A DNA stretch of 64,000 bases. Source: an uncultured Gammaproteobacteria bacterium. Lineage in GTDB: Bacteria; Pseudomonadota; Gammaproteobacteria; GCA-002705445; GCA-002716945. The notes beneath the pieces were generated by a model. The model searched no databases, was not told where the DNA came from, and saw only the letters and a list, made by a program, of their open reading frames with translations. The position numbers and the translations under genes were made by a program. Below, one piece after another: positions 10,516-20,315 of this stretch; the stretch's first letter is position 1, and the number at the start of each line of letters is the position of its first letter. The stretch covers positions 56,171-120,170 of the forward strand of contig CABYTF010000002.1 of NCBI GenBank assembly GCA_902521725.1, read 5' to 3'.

Positions 10516-12426
10516 ATGGGAGATTTAGTTAAAAATTTAGTAGTATGGACAATAATTGCCGTAGTGATTATGTCACTATTTTCAGGTGTTGGCGGAAGAA
10601 ATGCCACATCACAAGAATTTAATTACACTGATTTTATGCAACAGGTCCAGACTGGACAAGTTGAAGAAGTTACGATATCAGGAAGAGAAATTATCGGTAC
10701 CTTTAAATCAGGTGAGACTTTTATGACTTATAGTCCTGAGACGAACAACTCTGCGCTCATAGGCGAGCTTATAAAGGGCAAAGTCCGCATAAATGGTAAA
10801 GCACCAGAGAAACAGTCTTTCTTAGCACAGATTTTCATACACTGGTTCCCATTCCTATTACTTATTGGTGTTTGGATATTCTTCATGAGACAAATGCAAG
10901 GTGGCGGTGGTGGCCGTGGTGCAATGTCTTTTGGCAAAAGTAAAGCAAAAATGCAAACTGAGGATCAAGTCAAAGTTACATTCAAAGATGTTGCTGGAGT
11001 TGAGGAGGCAAAAGAGGAGGTCAAAGAATTAGTAGATTTTCTTAGAGATCCCGCAAAATTTCAAAATTTAGGTGGAAACATTCCACGTGGAGTCTTAATG
11101 TCTGGATCACCTGGAACAGGTAAAACTCTATTAGCTAGAGCAATTGCCGGTGAGGCTAAAGTACCATTTTTTACTATCTCAGGCTCTGATTTTGTCGAGA
11201 TGTTTGTCGGTGTTGGAGCATCAAGAGTAAGAGACATGTTTGAACAAGCAAAAAAACATTCTCCGTGCATCATTTTTATTGATGAGATCGATGCTGTTGG
11301 ACGACATAGAGGAGCCGGTCTAGGCGGTGGCCATGATGAGCGTGAGCAAACACTTAACCAACTTCTAGTTGAGATGGATGGTTTTGAGGGCAATGAGGGA
11401 GTTATTGTGATTGCGGCAACAAACAGACCAGATGTACTCGATCCAGCACTACTTCGTCCAGGAAGATTCGATAGACAAGTTACAGTTCCCCTTCCTGATA
11501 TACGCGGAAGAGAGCAAATTTTAAAGGTGCATATGAGGAAAACTCCTATCGCTAACGATGTAAATCCAAAAATACTTGCGAGAGGAACTCCTGGTTTCTC
11601 TGGAGCTGATCTTGCAAATCTTGTAAACGAAGCAGCGTTGTTTGCTGCAAGAGCCAATAAGAAAATTGTAGATATGGATGATTTTGAAAAAGCCAAAGAC
11701 AAAATCCTCATGGGAGGAGAGAGAAAGTCTATGGTAATGAATGACGATGAAAAAAAACTCACTGCTTATCATGAAGCAGGGCATGCTGTAGTTGGAAGAC
11801 TTGTACCGGATCATGATCCTGTATATAAAGTTAGTATCATTCCAAGAGGAAGAGCGCTTGGCGTGACAATGTTCTTGCCTGAAGAAGATAGGTACAGCAA
11901 CAGTAGACAACGTATTAATAGCATGATTGCTGCACTTTTCGGCGGAAGAGTTGCAGAGGAATTAATCTTCGGAGATGATGCAGTTACTACTGGTGCATCC
12001 AACGATATTGAGCGAGCAACTGATCTAGCAAGAAATATGGTTACAAAGTGGGGACTGTCAGACAAAATGGGTCCACTTGCTTACGGCGAGGAACAACAAG
12101 AAGTTTTTCTTGGTAAATCTGCATCCCAAAACAACAAAAATATTTCTAATGAAACTGCAAGCTCTATTGATGGTGAGATAAGAAAAATAATTGATACTCA
12201 ATACTCAAGAGCTACCAAACTTATTAAAGACAATCTTGATAAAATGCATTTAATGGCAGATGCTTTGATGAAGTATGAAACTATTGATTCAGATCAAATA
12301 GATCAAATAATGGAAGGTAAAGTCCCTGATGCACCTGACAGCTGGTCAGATGATGATAGTAGCTCATCAGGCAAAAACGCTGATGTTGCATCTAAAGATA
12401 GCCCTTCAGCATCACCAGCATCATAA
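10516..12426 (+). CDS. ftsH: ATP-dependent zinc metalloprotease FtsH
   Basis: 636 aa with two N-terminal TM helices, Walker A GSPGTGKT, Walker B IIFIDEID and zinc site HEAGH. Strong SD (AAGGAG) upstream. Confidence 0.98.
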   Translation: MGDLVKNLVVWTIIAVVIMSLFSGVGGRNATSQEFNYTDFMQQVQTGQVEEVTISGREIIGTFKSGETFMTYSPETNNSALIGELIKGKVRINGKAPEKQSFLAQIFIHWFPFLLLIGVWIFFMRQMQGGGGGRGAMSFGKSKAKMQTEDQVKVTFKDVAGVEEAKEEVKELVDFLRDPAKFQNLGGNIPRGVLMSGSPGTGKTLLARAIAGEAKVPFFTISGSDFVEMFVGVGASRVRDMFEQAKKHSPCIIFIDEIDAVGRHRGAGLGGGHDEREQTLNQLLVEMDGFEGNEGVIVIAATNRPDVLDPALLRPGRFDRQVTVPLPDIRGREQILKVHMRKTPIANDVNPKILARGTPGFSGADLANLVNEAALFAARANKKIVDMDDFEKAKDKILMGGERKSMVMNDDEKKLTAYHEAGHAVVGRLVPDHDPVYKVSIIPRGRALGVTMFLPEEDRYSNSRQRINSMIAALFGGRVAEELIFGDDAVTTGASNDIERATDLARNMVTKWGLSDKMGPLAYGEEQQEVFLGKSASQNNKNISNETASSIDGEIRKIIDTQYSRATKLIKDNLDKMHLMADALMKYETIDSDQIDQIMEGKVPDAPDSWSDDDSSSSGKNADVASKDSPSASPAS

Positions 12427-12442
12427 GACATAAAATCTAGTT

Positions 12443-12473
12443 CATGTTAGTATGTTAGAAGACTACTAACATG
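12443..12473. repeat. 10-bp perfect inverted repeat (CATGTTAGTA-N11-TACTAACATG) containing a tandem ATGTTAG
   Basis: Read directly from the sequence between the ftsH stop and the nuclease start. No U-tract follows, so it is not a canonical intrinsic terminator. Confidence 0.6.
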
Positions 12474-12483
12474 GACTATATTC

Positions 12484-13185
12484 TTGTTACACCTTTGGAA
12501 AAAAAGATTTCATTATAACAATCTGAAAAGAGTTACTGATAAATCAGGCGCAAGATATTATAGCCTTGATGGCCATAGAGTCCCATCCGTTACAACAATT
12601 CTTGAAAAAACAAAATCTCAAAAAGAAAAAGATTCATTAAATGCTTGGAAAGCAAGAGTTGGATATACCGAGGCTAGCAGAATATCTAGAGAGTCAACAA
12701 GTAGAGGAGATAAGATGCACAAGCATCTTGAAGATGCCCTTCATGGAAAGCAGCACCTTGATTTTGCTGAAATAAGTGATACTGAAAAGAAAATGTCAGA
12801 GGTGATTATTAATCAGGCACTTGAAAAAAAACTTAATGAAATATGGGGCTGTGAAAGTCCTTTGTACTATCCATATTCTCATGCCGGCACTAGCGATCTG
12901 TGTGGAGTTTATGACAATAATGAATCTATAATAGATTTTAAATCATCGAATAGAGTAAAAAAAAGAGAATGGATAACAGACTATTTTTTACAAACATGTG
13001 CTTATGCACTGGCACATAACCTCCAGCATAAAACTAATATTAGACAAGGAGTTATTTTGATTTGTACATCAAAATTTGAATTCCAAGAGTTTATAATTAA
13101 GGATAACGAGTTTTTGTGGTACCAAAAAAAGTTTGAAGATAGAGTCAGAAAGTATCAAGATTTAGTGAGCTTAGAAGATGAATAA
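12484..13185 (+). CDS. PD-(D/E)XK nuclease, RecB/Cas4-like motif order, MGME1-like subgroup (tentative)
   Basis: 233 aa. Motifs PSVTTIL, GTSDL (motif II Asp), IIDFKSS (D-x-K) and LQTCAYALAHN (Q-x-x-x-Y). TTG is the only in-frame start upstream of the conserved N-terminus. Overlaps folP by 8 nt. Confidence 0.65.
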   Translation: MLHLWKKRFHYNNLKRVTDKSGARYYSLDGHRVPSVTTILEKTKSQKEKDSLNAWKARVGYTEASRISRESTSRGDKMHKHLEDALHGKQHLDFAEISDTEKKMSEVIINQALEKKLNEIWGCESPLYYPYSHAGTSDLCGVYDNNESIIDFKSSNRVKKREWITDYFLQTCAYALAHNLQHKTNIRQGVILICTSKFEFQEFIIKDNEFLWYQKKFEDRVRKYQDLVSLEDE

Positions 13186-13975
13186 TATTGAAATCATGGG
13201 TGTCCTAAATATTACAGATAATTCATTTCATGATGGCGGTAAATACAACTCTTTTAAAGAGTCTTTCCAACATGCAAAAGAGATGATTCATGAGGGTGCT
13301 GATATCATAGATATTGGAGCAGAGTCGTCTAAACCAGGGTCTGAACCAGTATCAAGTAAAGTTCAAATAAATAAAATCCAGCCTGTAGTAGAGGCCATTA
13401 GAGAAATTTCCGATATACCAATCTCAATTGATACTCGGAGTTCTGATGTAATTAAAAAATTAACTAAATATAGGATAAATATTGTTAATGATATTTCCGC
13501 TTTACAAGATATGGAGCTAATTAATGTTATAAAAGAAAATAATTTAATGGTTTCATTGATGCATATGCAAGGTGTTCCTAAAAACATGCAAGATAATCCT
13601 GCTTATGATGATGTCGTCACTGATGTATATGATTATCTAGAAAAGAAAGTACAATTGTGCGTAAATTCTGGCATCAATAAAAGCGATATAATTATTGACC
13701 CTGGGTTCGGCTTTGGTAAAACTCTCGATCATAATTACTTATTATTAAATAGTCTGAAAAAATATACTAAATTAGGATGCCGTATTTTATCGGGAATTTC
13801 TAGAAAAAGTATGATAGGCAGTGTTATAAACAAGCCTCCATCAGATAGATTGTATGGCTCCTTGGCTGCAACAGTGCTAGCTATAAGAAACAAAGCCAAT
13901 ATTTTACGTGTTCATGATGTCAGACAAACCAGAGTTTTACTGAATTTTAAAGATTTGATGATAGAAAAAATATGA
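13178..13975 (+). CDS. folP: dihydropteroate synthase
   Basis: 265 aa. Pterin-binding motifs GADIIDIGAESSKPG and DPGFGFGK. Conserved ftsH-folP-glmM neighbourhood. Confidence 0.93.
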   Translation: MNNIEIMGVLNITDNSFHDGGKYNSFKESFQHAKEMIHEGADIIDIGAESSKPGSEPVSSKVQINKIQPVVEAIREISDIPISIDTRSSDVIKKLTKYRINIVNDISALQDMELINVIKENNLMVSLMHMQGVPKNMQDNPAYDDVVTDVYDYLEKKVQLCVNSGINKSDIIIDPGFGFGKTLDHNYLLLNSLKKYTKLGCRILSGISRKSMIGSVINKPPSDRLYGSLAATVLAIRNKANILRVHDVRQTRVLLNFKDLMIEKI

Positions 13976-15303
13976 TCTTATTTGGCACTGATGGCATTAG
14001 AGGCAGATATGGCGATTTCCCGCTTGATGATTCAACTATTAAAAAAATCGGATGCTCAATTGCAAAATCATTCGGCAACACTGTTAAGAAAGTTATTATT
14101 GGACATGATGGAAGAGAGTCATGTGGGGCAATTTTAGATAATCTAACTGATGGAATAAACTTCAGTAATAATTACGATATAATCAACCTAGAGTTATTCC
14201 CAACACCCTCTCTGCCTTTAATTCTCTCTAAAAATAATAAAGAAGATGCTATCGGGATTGAGATAACTGCCTCACATAATCCATATTTAGACAATGGTAT
14301 TAAAATATTCAATAAAAATGGTTATAAGATTTCATCGGCATTAGAAAGAAAAATTGAGGAAATCGTTGCTACTCTAAATGATGTCAACAAAACTTCAAGT
14401 ACTAAATTCATAAATAGTAGCCCGGCGAAATCAGTCTATATAGATTTTATATCTGGACTACTGTCATCAATAAAAGAATGTCCAACTAATCTTAATGTTG
14501 CAGTTGATTGTGCAAATGGTGCTACATCTCGTGTGATAAATGATATTACATTTCCAGATAATATATCTTTGAACATATTTAATGATTCTCCTAATGGTGT
14601 AAATATAAATGATAAATGTGGTGCAGTTTATCCTGAATATCTATCCAACATAATTTGTAAAATAAATAGAAAAAATGATGCGGAGCATATTGATTTTGGT
14701 ATTTGTTTTGATGGTGATGGAGATAGAGCAATATTAATTGACAGTTCAGGAAATATTTTAGACGGCGATGACCTTCTATATATATTTTCCTCCTATCCTA
14801 AGATAAGCAATAAAGTAGTTGGAACAGTCATGACAAACTTTGGGATAAGGAGAAGTCTAGAAGAAAATGGAATAGATTTTATAGAATCTGATGTGGGAGA
14901 CAAGAATGTGCTCGAAGCTATGATCACACATGATGCATTTTTGGGTGCTGAATCATCAGGACATATTATCCAAAGCGGCTTGGCGAGTATACCGATTGGA
15001 GATGGTCTAATAACTATGACTAAAATTATTGATCTATTATGTACCAGAACAAAAAAAATCGAGGAACTTTATCCTGTAAATCTTAAAATACCATCTAAAC
15101 TAATAAATATTGATAGCTCATCACCTGAACAACTTCTCAAGGATAATAATTTAGTATTTTCTAATGTTGAGGAAATTCTTGGAAATAGTGGTAGAATCTT
15201 TGTAAGAAAATCAGGAACACAGTCATGCATCAGGGTTCTCATAGAGCATGAATCGAATGAAATTTTAGAATTAGCAGAACAAAAAATTAGATTAATAAGA
15301 TAA
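13972..15303 (+). CDS. glmM: phosphoglucosamine mutase
   Basis: 443 aa. Phosphoserine loop TASHNP and metal loop FDGDGDR. ATGA overlap with folP. Confidence 0.93.
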   Translation: MILFGTDGIRGRYGDFPLDDSTIKKIGCSIAKSFGNTVKKVIIGHDGRESCGAILDNLTDGINFSNNYDIINLELFPTPSLPLILSKNNKEDAIGIEITASHNPYLDNGIKIFNKNGYKISSALERKIEEIVATLNDVNKTSSTKFINSSPAKSVYIDFISGLLSSIKECPTNLNVAVDCANGATSRVINDITFPDNISLNIFNDSPNGVNINDKCGAVYPEYLSNIICKINRKNDAEHIDFGICFDGDGDRAILIDSSGNILDGDDLLYIFSSYPKISNKVVGTVMTNFGIRRSLEENGIDFIESDVGDKNVLEAMITHDAFLGAESSGHIIQSGLASIPIGDGLITMTKIIDLLCTRTKKIEELYPVNLKIPSKLINIDSSSPEQLLKDNNLVFSNVEEILGNSGRIFVRKSGTQSCIRVLIEHESNEILELAEQKIRLIR

Positions 15304-16061
15304 TGTCAAAAAAGATCATAGCGGGAAATTGGAAGCAAAATGGAACATTGAAAACCTCCATCAGTCTTACTAAAAAAGTTCTTCAAGCTGTTAAAAAGAA
15401 AAAATATACCCACGAAATCATAATTATTCCTCCCTCTATATTTCTGTTGCCTGTCAAAGATTTAATTTACAAGAGTCAAATAAAATTAGGAGCTCAGAAC
15501 GTGTCTGCTTTTAACGACGGCGCATATACTGGTGAAATATCAGGATCAATGTTAAAAGACTCTAGAGTAGATTATTGTTTAGTCGGACACTCAGAGAGAC
15601 GGCATATACTTAATGAAGATGAATCTGTCTTTTCTAGTAAAGTAAGTCGTTTATTTGAAAATAACATAGCAGTTATTTATTGTTTTGGGGAAACACTAAA
15701 TGACTATAAAAATAAAAAAACTAAGTTAATAATAAAGAGACAATTAAAAAAATTGTTATTGAATAACAAAAATAATTTAACAAAACATCCAAAAAAATTA
15801 ATTTTAGCATATGAACCAGTTTGGGCTATTGGTACAGGACTAGTACCTTCGCCAGAAGAATTAGTAAGTATTTTTAAATATATAAGAGATACAGTAAATA
15901 AATTGAATAAGAAGTACGCATCCATAAAACTTCTCTATGGTGGAAGTGTTACACCAGATAATGCATCATCTTTGATAAATACTGAGCACATAGATGGACT
16001 TCTTATTGGTGGTGCATCATTGATAGCAAAAAAATTTATTGATATTTGCTCCACAATTTGA
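15303..16061 (+). CDS. tpiA: triosephosphate isomerase
   Basis: 252 aa. Motifs AGNWKQNG, VGHSERR and AYEPVWAIGTG. Confidence 0.95.
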   Translation: MSKKIIAGNWKQNGTLKTSISLTKKVLQAVKKKKYTHEIIIIPPSIFLLPVKDLIYKSQIKLGAQNVSAFNDGAYTGEISGSMLKDSRVDYCLVGHSERRHILNEDESVFSSKVSRLFENNIAVIYCFGETLNDYKNKKTKLIIKRQLKKLLLNNKNNLTKHPKKLILAYEPVWAIGTGLVPSPEELVSIFKYIRDTVNKLNKKYASIKLLYGGSVTPDNASSLINTEHIDGLLIGGASLIAKKFIDICSTI

Positions 16062-16073
16062 GATAAATACACA

Positions 16074-16385
16074 ATGCAAACAGCGCTATTAACTATACAT
16101 ATAATCCTCGCAGTAATCCTTGTAGTTCTCGTTCTTGTGCAACAAGGAAAAGGAGCTGATGCTGGCGCAGCTTTTGGTTCAGGAGCTTCTTCTACTGTAT
16201 TTGGCGCTAGAGGAAACGCAACTTTTCTTAATAAACTGACTACAATAGTCGCACTCAGTTTTTTTGTAACGAGTCTGAGTCTTGCATACATATCTTCAAA
16301 TAAAAGTCAGACATCTAAGAGTCTTATAAATGAGACAGTCAAAGAAGAGATAGTTGACGATCAAGAAAAATTTGATAAACCTTAA
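16074..16385 (+). CDS. secG: preprotein translocase subunit SecG
   Basis: 103 aa with two TM segments flanking the Gly-rich loop [22 protein letters not shown]. Followed by tRNA-Leu, as with E. coli secG-leuU. Confidence 0.9.
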   Translation: MQTALLTIHIILAVILVVLVLVQQGKGADAGAAFGSGASSTVFGARGNATFLNKLTTIVALSFFVTSLSLAYISSNKSQTSKSLINETVKEEIVDDQEKFDKP

Positions 16386-16467
16386 GCCGATGTGGTGGAA
16401 TTGGTAGACACGCTGTCTTGAGGGGGCAGTGGCGAAAGTCGTGCCGGTTCGAGTCCGGCCATCGGCA
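16386..16467 (+). tRNA. leuU: tRNA-Leu (anticodon GAG), long variable arm, CCA not encoded
   Basis: GCCGATG acceptor pairs with CATCGGC. Anticodon arm is CTGTC-TTGAGGG-GGCAG. T-arm is GCCGG-TTCGAGT-CCGGC. Near-identical to E. coli leuU in the D-arm and anticodon loop. Confidence 0.93.
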
Positions 16468-16472
16468 TACGT

Positions 16473-17045
16473 CTAGGGACTAACCCAAGTATCTTTGGCT
16501 GATTCCTTTACAAAAATATTTGCACGCCTGTGACCCTCTCTTTTAAGATATAACCAATCAATTTTCTCAATATCCACATCGATTACTGAAAAAGCCTCAC
16601 TTTTTTTATCAATTGTTTCTTTTGAGAAATCATTGTATCTTTCCATAATTGTTCCAGGGTTAGGCACTTGAAAATAACATTCTTTTGACATATCACTCAT
16701 CTTGGCCCATGCATGCGAAGATCTCTTATTATCGTAATTCACTACCGCTCGACCAAAACATCTAATCTGTATTTTCATTCCTTTGCTATAAAAAACACAA
16801 CAAACTTTCGGGTTTATATTTAAGTCTTCTATTTTATCAGCATAATAATTTGAGTGGAGAGTTATGATGCCATGTTCTGCATTATAACCACGAAGAACTA
16901 CTGTTCTACCTGCAGGGAACTTTCCTGATGTACAAAATGTGAAAGTTCTAAAATCTGACTTCCTATTTTTGACCCCCTCAGTGAGGCTACTCGATATATT
17001 TTCTCTTACATTTTCTAATGTTTCTAACGTATTTTTTGCGCTCAT
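16473..17045 (-). CDS. pyridoxamine 5'-phosphate oxidase-like FMN-binding protein
   Basis: 190 aa. Split-barrel-like pattern and a PdxH-like C-terminal end (DTWVSP versus the E. coli end ...WKIDRLAP, from memory). Family-level call only. Confidence 0.55.
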   Translation of the reverse strand: MSAKNTLETLENVRENISSSLTEGVKNRKSDFRTFTFCTSGKFPAGRTVVLRGYNAEHGIITLHSNYYADKIEDLNINPKVCCVFYSKGMKIQIRCFGRAVVNYDNKRSSHAWAKMSDMSKECYFQVPNPGTIMERYNDFSKETIDKKSEAFSVIDVDIEKIDWLYLKREGHRRANIFVKESAKDTWVSP

Positions 17046-17096
17046 AATTAATGTAATGCTAATTAGTATTTAAGTATATATAGGATATAATAAGAC

Positions 17097-17453
17097 ATGC
17101 TATATGAATACCTGCCAATATTAATTTTTTTAGCTTTAGCGCTGTTATTCGCGTCAGTGATGCTATCTGCTGGTTTCATATTTGGAGGCAGTAACCCTGA
17201 TGACGAAAAAAACTCGCCATATGAGTGCGGCTTTGAACCTTTTGAAGATTCTCGAATGAAATTTGATGTAAGATTTTATCTTGTTGCAATTCTATTTATT
17301 ATTTTTGATTTAGAAATTGCATTTTTGTTTCCATGGGCAGTTGTTTTAGATCATATCGGACTCGAAGGTTATCTGGCAATGGCAATATTTATTCTTATAC
17401 TTCTAGTTGGATTTATTTATGAATGGAAGAAAGGGGCTTTGGAATGGGATTAG
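17097..17453 (+). CDS. nuoA: NADH-quinone oxidoreductase subunit A
   Basis: 118 aa, three TM segments, YECGFEPF motif. First gene of the nuo array. Confidence 0.93.
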   Translation: MLYEYLPILIFLALALLFASVMLSAGFIFGGSNPDDEKNSPYECGFEPFEDSRMKFDVRFYLVAILFIIFDLEIAFLFPWAVVLDHIGLEGYLAMAIFILILLVGFIYEWKKGALEWD

Positions 17454-17923
17454 AAAATATACAAAGAGACGGCTTCGTCCTTGCAGATTCGGAGAGTCTG
17501 TTTGATTGGGCGAGAACTGGATCACTATGGCCAATGACTTTTGGCTTAGCATGTTGTGCAGTTGAAATGATGCATGCAGGTGCTTCCCGTTATGATTTAG
17601 ATAGATTTGGTATGTTATTTAGACCAAGTCCTAGACAATCAGATGTTATGATTGTCGCTGGAACTTTAGTAAATAAAATGGCTCCTGCACTAAGGAAGGT
17701 ATATGATCAAATGGCAGATCCAAAATGGGTTATATCAATGGGGTCGTGTGCAAATGGTGGAGGGTATTATCATTATTCATACTCAGTTGTTCGTGGTTGC
17801 GATAGGATAGTTCCTGTTGATGTTTATGTTCCTGGTTGTCCACCAACTGCAGAAGCTTTGCTGTATGGAATTCTCCAACTGCAAAATAAAATTAGAAATA
17901 AAAATAGAATTAAAATTAAGTAA
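17444..17923 (+). CDS. nuoB: NADH-quinone oxidoreductase subunit B
   Basis: N2 cluster ligands are present ([19 protein letters not shown]). ATG 17444 (MGLENIQ...) preferred over the track start at 17423. Confidence 0.93.
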   Translation: MGLENIQRDGFVLADSESLFDWARTGSLWPMTFGLACCAVEMMHAGASRYDLDRFGMLFRPSPRQSDVMIVAGTLVNKMAPALRKVYDQMADPKWVISMGSCANGGGYYHYSYSVVRGCDRIVPVDVYVPGCPPTAEALLYGILQLQNKIRNKNRIKIK

Positions 17924-17929
17924 TTAGTT

Positions 17930-18571
17930 ATGAATAAAATCAGGGAATTACTTGACGGCCATATTGTTGATTATGTTGAATCAGATATGACTACAGTTAC
18001 AGTCGAAAAAGCTAAGTTAAAAAAAGTACTGTCATTACTCAAAGAAGATATAAATTTGAAATTTACACAACTCATTGATCTTTGTGCTGTAGACTATGTC
18101 GAATATGGTGATTCTGAATGGCAAACAAAAGAGGCAACAAGCACCGGCTACAACAGAGGAATAAGACCGTCTTCACATAGTAGAATAGATTTTTCAAATG
18201 AAACAAATGAAGATGAGTATGATTTATGCGTAACTTACCATTTACTATCGATTACTCATAATAAAAGAATTAGAGTTAAATGTTTCCTTGATGATGACTC
18301 ATTAATAATACCATCGGTCACTGATTTGTTTGCATCTGCTGATTGGTATGAAAGAGAGGCATACGATTTATTTGGTGTTCTATTTGAGGGACATAACGAT
18401 CTCAGAAGAATTCTCACAGACTATGGCTTTATAGGACATCCTTTTAGGAAGAAATTTCCTTTAGTAGGTAATACTCAAGTAAGGTATGATCCTGAGCAAA
18501 GAAAAGTTGTGAATGAGCCGGTTGATATAGAACCAAGAACGCTAGTTCCAAAGGTTATTAGGAAGAAATAA
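17930..18571 (+). CDS. nuoC: NADH-quinone oxidoreductase subunit C (not fused to D)
   Basis: 213 aa, 30-kDa subunit pattern ([19 protein letters not shown]...[10 protein letters not shown]). Confidence 0.9.
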   Translation: MNKIRELLDGHIVDYVESDMTTVTVEKAKLKKVLSLLKEDINLKFTQLIDLCAVDYVEYGDSEWQTKEATSTGYNRGIRPSSHSRIDFSNETNEDEYDLCVTYHLLSITHNKRIRVKCFLDDDSLIIPSVTDLFASADWYEREAYDLFGVLFEGHNDLRRILTDYGFIGHPFRKKFPLVGNTQVRYDPEQRKVVNEPVDIEPRTLVPKVIRKK

Positions 18572-19824
18572 TGAGTGATTATAAAAACTTTACAATGAAT
18601 TTTGGTCCTCAGCATCCTGCAGCACATGGGGTGCTTAGACTAATTTTGGAAATGGATGGAGAAGTGATTCGAAGTGCAGATCCGCATATTGGTCTTCTTC
18701 ATAGAGCAACAGAGAAGCTTGCTGAATCAAAACCTTATAATCAAAATATAGGTTACATGGATCGTTTAGATTATGTATCAATGATGTGTAATGAGCATGC
18801 GTATGTTTTAGCAATTGAAGACATAATGAAGCTCGATATACCTGAGAGATCAAAATATATTCGAGTTATGTTTGATGAAATTACACGCATTTTAAATCAT
18901 CTACTATGGTTGGGTGCTCATGCACTAGACATAGGAGCTATGTCTGTATTTTTATACGCATTTCGTGAAAGAGAAGACTTGATGGACTGTTATGAGGCTG
19001 TATCTGGAACCAGGATGCATGCAACGTATTACCGCCCAGGTGGTGTTGCGAAAGATTTACCGAATATAATGCCTAAATACATGCTAAATAAGAATCAGAA
19101 CCTCGATCAAGTTGAAAAACTTAACTACAACCGCGAGGGATCTCTTTTAGATTTCATAGATAGCTTTATCGATAGATTTCCAAAAAATGTTGATGAATAT
19201 GAAAATCTATTAACTGATAACAGAATCTGGAAACAGAGAACAGTTGGCATCGGAGTAGTCTCTCCTGATCGAGCAATTGATCTTGGTTTTACAGGACCAA
19301 TGTTAAGAGGATCAGGGGTTGAATGGGACCTAAGGAAGAAGGAGCCTTATGAAATATATAAAAATCTTGAGTTTGATATTCCTGTAGGCACAGAAGGCGA
19401 CTCATATGATCGATATCTTGTAAGGATGCAAGAAATGCGGGAATCCGCTAAGATTATAAAACAATGCTGCGACTGGTTAAAAAATGACAATGGAGATTTT
19501 ATATCATCGAATAATAAGATCGCACCACCGGATAGAGACGACATGAAAGAAAACATGGAATCTTTAATTCATCATTTCAAGTTGTTTAGTGAGGGTTATT
19601 GTTTGCCAGTCGGTGAGACATATAAATGTGTAGAGGCACCAAAAGGCGAATTTGGAATTTATATGATTTCTGATGGTGCCAACAAACCTTATAGGCTAAA
19701 GATAAGGGCGCCAGGATTTCCACATCTAGCTTCACTAGATGAGATGGCAAAAGGACATATGTTATCTGATGTGGTGACAATTATAGGAACACAAGATATT
19801 GTATTTGGGGAGATTGATCGATGA
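18571..19824 (+). CDS. nuoD: NADH-quinone oxidoreductase subunit D
   Basis: 417 aa. Contains [14 protein letters not shown] and a C-terminal IVFGEIDR. Confidence 0.96.
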   Translation: MSDYKNFTMNFGPQHPAAHGVLRLILEMDGEVIRSADPHIGLLHRATEKLAESKPYNQNIGYMDRLDYVSMMCNEHAYVLAIEDIMKLDIPERSKYIRVMFDEITRILNHLLWLGAHALDIGAMSVFLYAFREREDLMDCYEAVSGTRMHATYYRPGGVAKDLPNIMPKYMLNKNQNLDQVEKLNYNREGSLLDFIDSFIDRFPKNVDEYENLLTDNRIWKQRTVGIGVVSPDRAIDLGFTGPMLRGSGVEWDLRKKEPYEIYKNLEFDIPVGTEGDSYDRYLVRMQEMRESAKIIKQCCDWLKNDNGDFISSNNKIAPPDRDDMKENMESLIHHFKLFSEGYCLPVGETYKCVEAPKGEFGIYMISDGANKPYRLKIRAPGFPHLASLDEMAKGHMLSDVVTIIGTQDIVFGEIDR

Positions 19825-20315
19825 TACATGACATTCTTTCAGAAAATGTTAGAAAAGAGATAGATTCTATAAGATCTAAATTTCCACATGATAAAAATAA
19901 ATCATCCATAATAGAATCGTTACTTATTATTCAACATGAAAACAGTGGATACCTTAATGAGGAGTTGATTGGAGCCCTTGCAGAGTATTTGAATGTTCAA
20001 AAAATTGATGTCTATGAGGTAGCAACTTTCTACTCTATGTTCAATCTTAAACCTATTGGTAAAAATACTATCTCAGTTTGTACAAATGTATCCTGTATGT
20101 TGAGAAATTCTGATCAGATTGTTGAGTATATAGAAAAGAAACTAAAAATAAAAATTGGTGAGTCTACGAAAGATAATAAATTTTATCTTAAAGATGAAAT
20201 GGAATGTTTAGCTGCATGTAATGGAGCGCCAATGATGCAAGTAAATCATGTCAATTATGAAAATTTAACTTTTGAGAAAATTGATAAAATTTTAGATGGA
20301 ATAAAAGATGATTAA
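19821..20315 (+). CDS. nuoE: NADH-quinone oxidoreductase subunit E
   Basis: 164 aa. 2Fe-2S ligands in CTNVSC and CLAACNGAP. Confidence 0.92.
   Translation: MIHDILSENVRKEIDSIRSKFPHDKNKSSIIESLLIIQHENSGYLNEELIGALAEYLNVQKIDVYEVATFYSMFNLKPIGKNTISVCTNVSCMLRNSDQIVEYIEKKLKIKIGESTKDNKFYLKDEMECLAACNGAPMMQVNHVNYENLTFEKIDKILDGIKDD

Noticed and set aside
11061-11762. 233-aa antisense ORF inside ftsH, and similar long shadow ORFs at 7190-7663 in carB, 60230-60718 in parE, 51308-51715 in pepA and 15935-16291 across tpiA/secG
   Set aside because: They lie wholly within strongly supported conserved genes. They have low-complexity Ser/Pro/Ala-rich translations typical of the reverse frame of locally GC-richer coding DNA, and they show no recognisable motifs or ribosome-binding sites.
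12455-12468. TTAG-N5-TACTA within the ftsH-nuclease palindrome, which resembles the Xanthomonadales LexA box TTAG-N6-TACTA
   Set aside because: The spacing is N5 rather than N6. The half-sites are part of a larger palindrome with an 11-nt spacer, and the lexA promoter in this window carries a different repeat (GAAC-N7-GAAC). Treated as coincidence unless binding data say otherwise.
17930-18571. Apparent ~40-aa insertion in NuoC ([40 protein letters not shown])
   Set aside because: NuoC length and loop content vary widely among bacteria. Without an alignment I cannot show that this is an unusual insertion.
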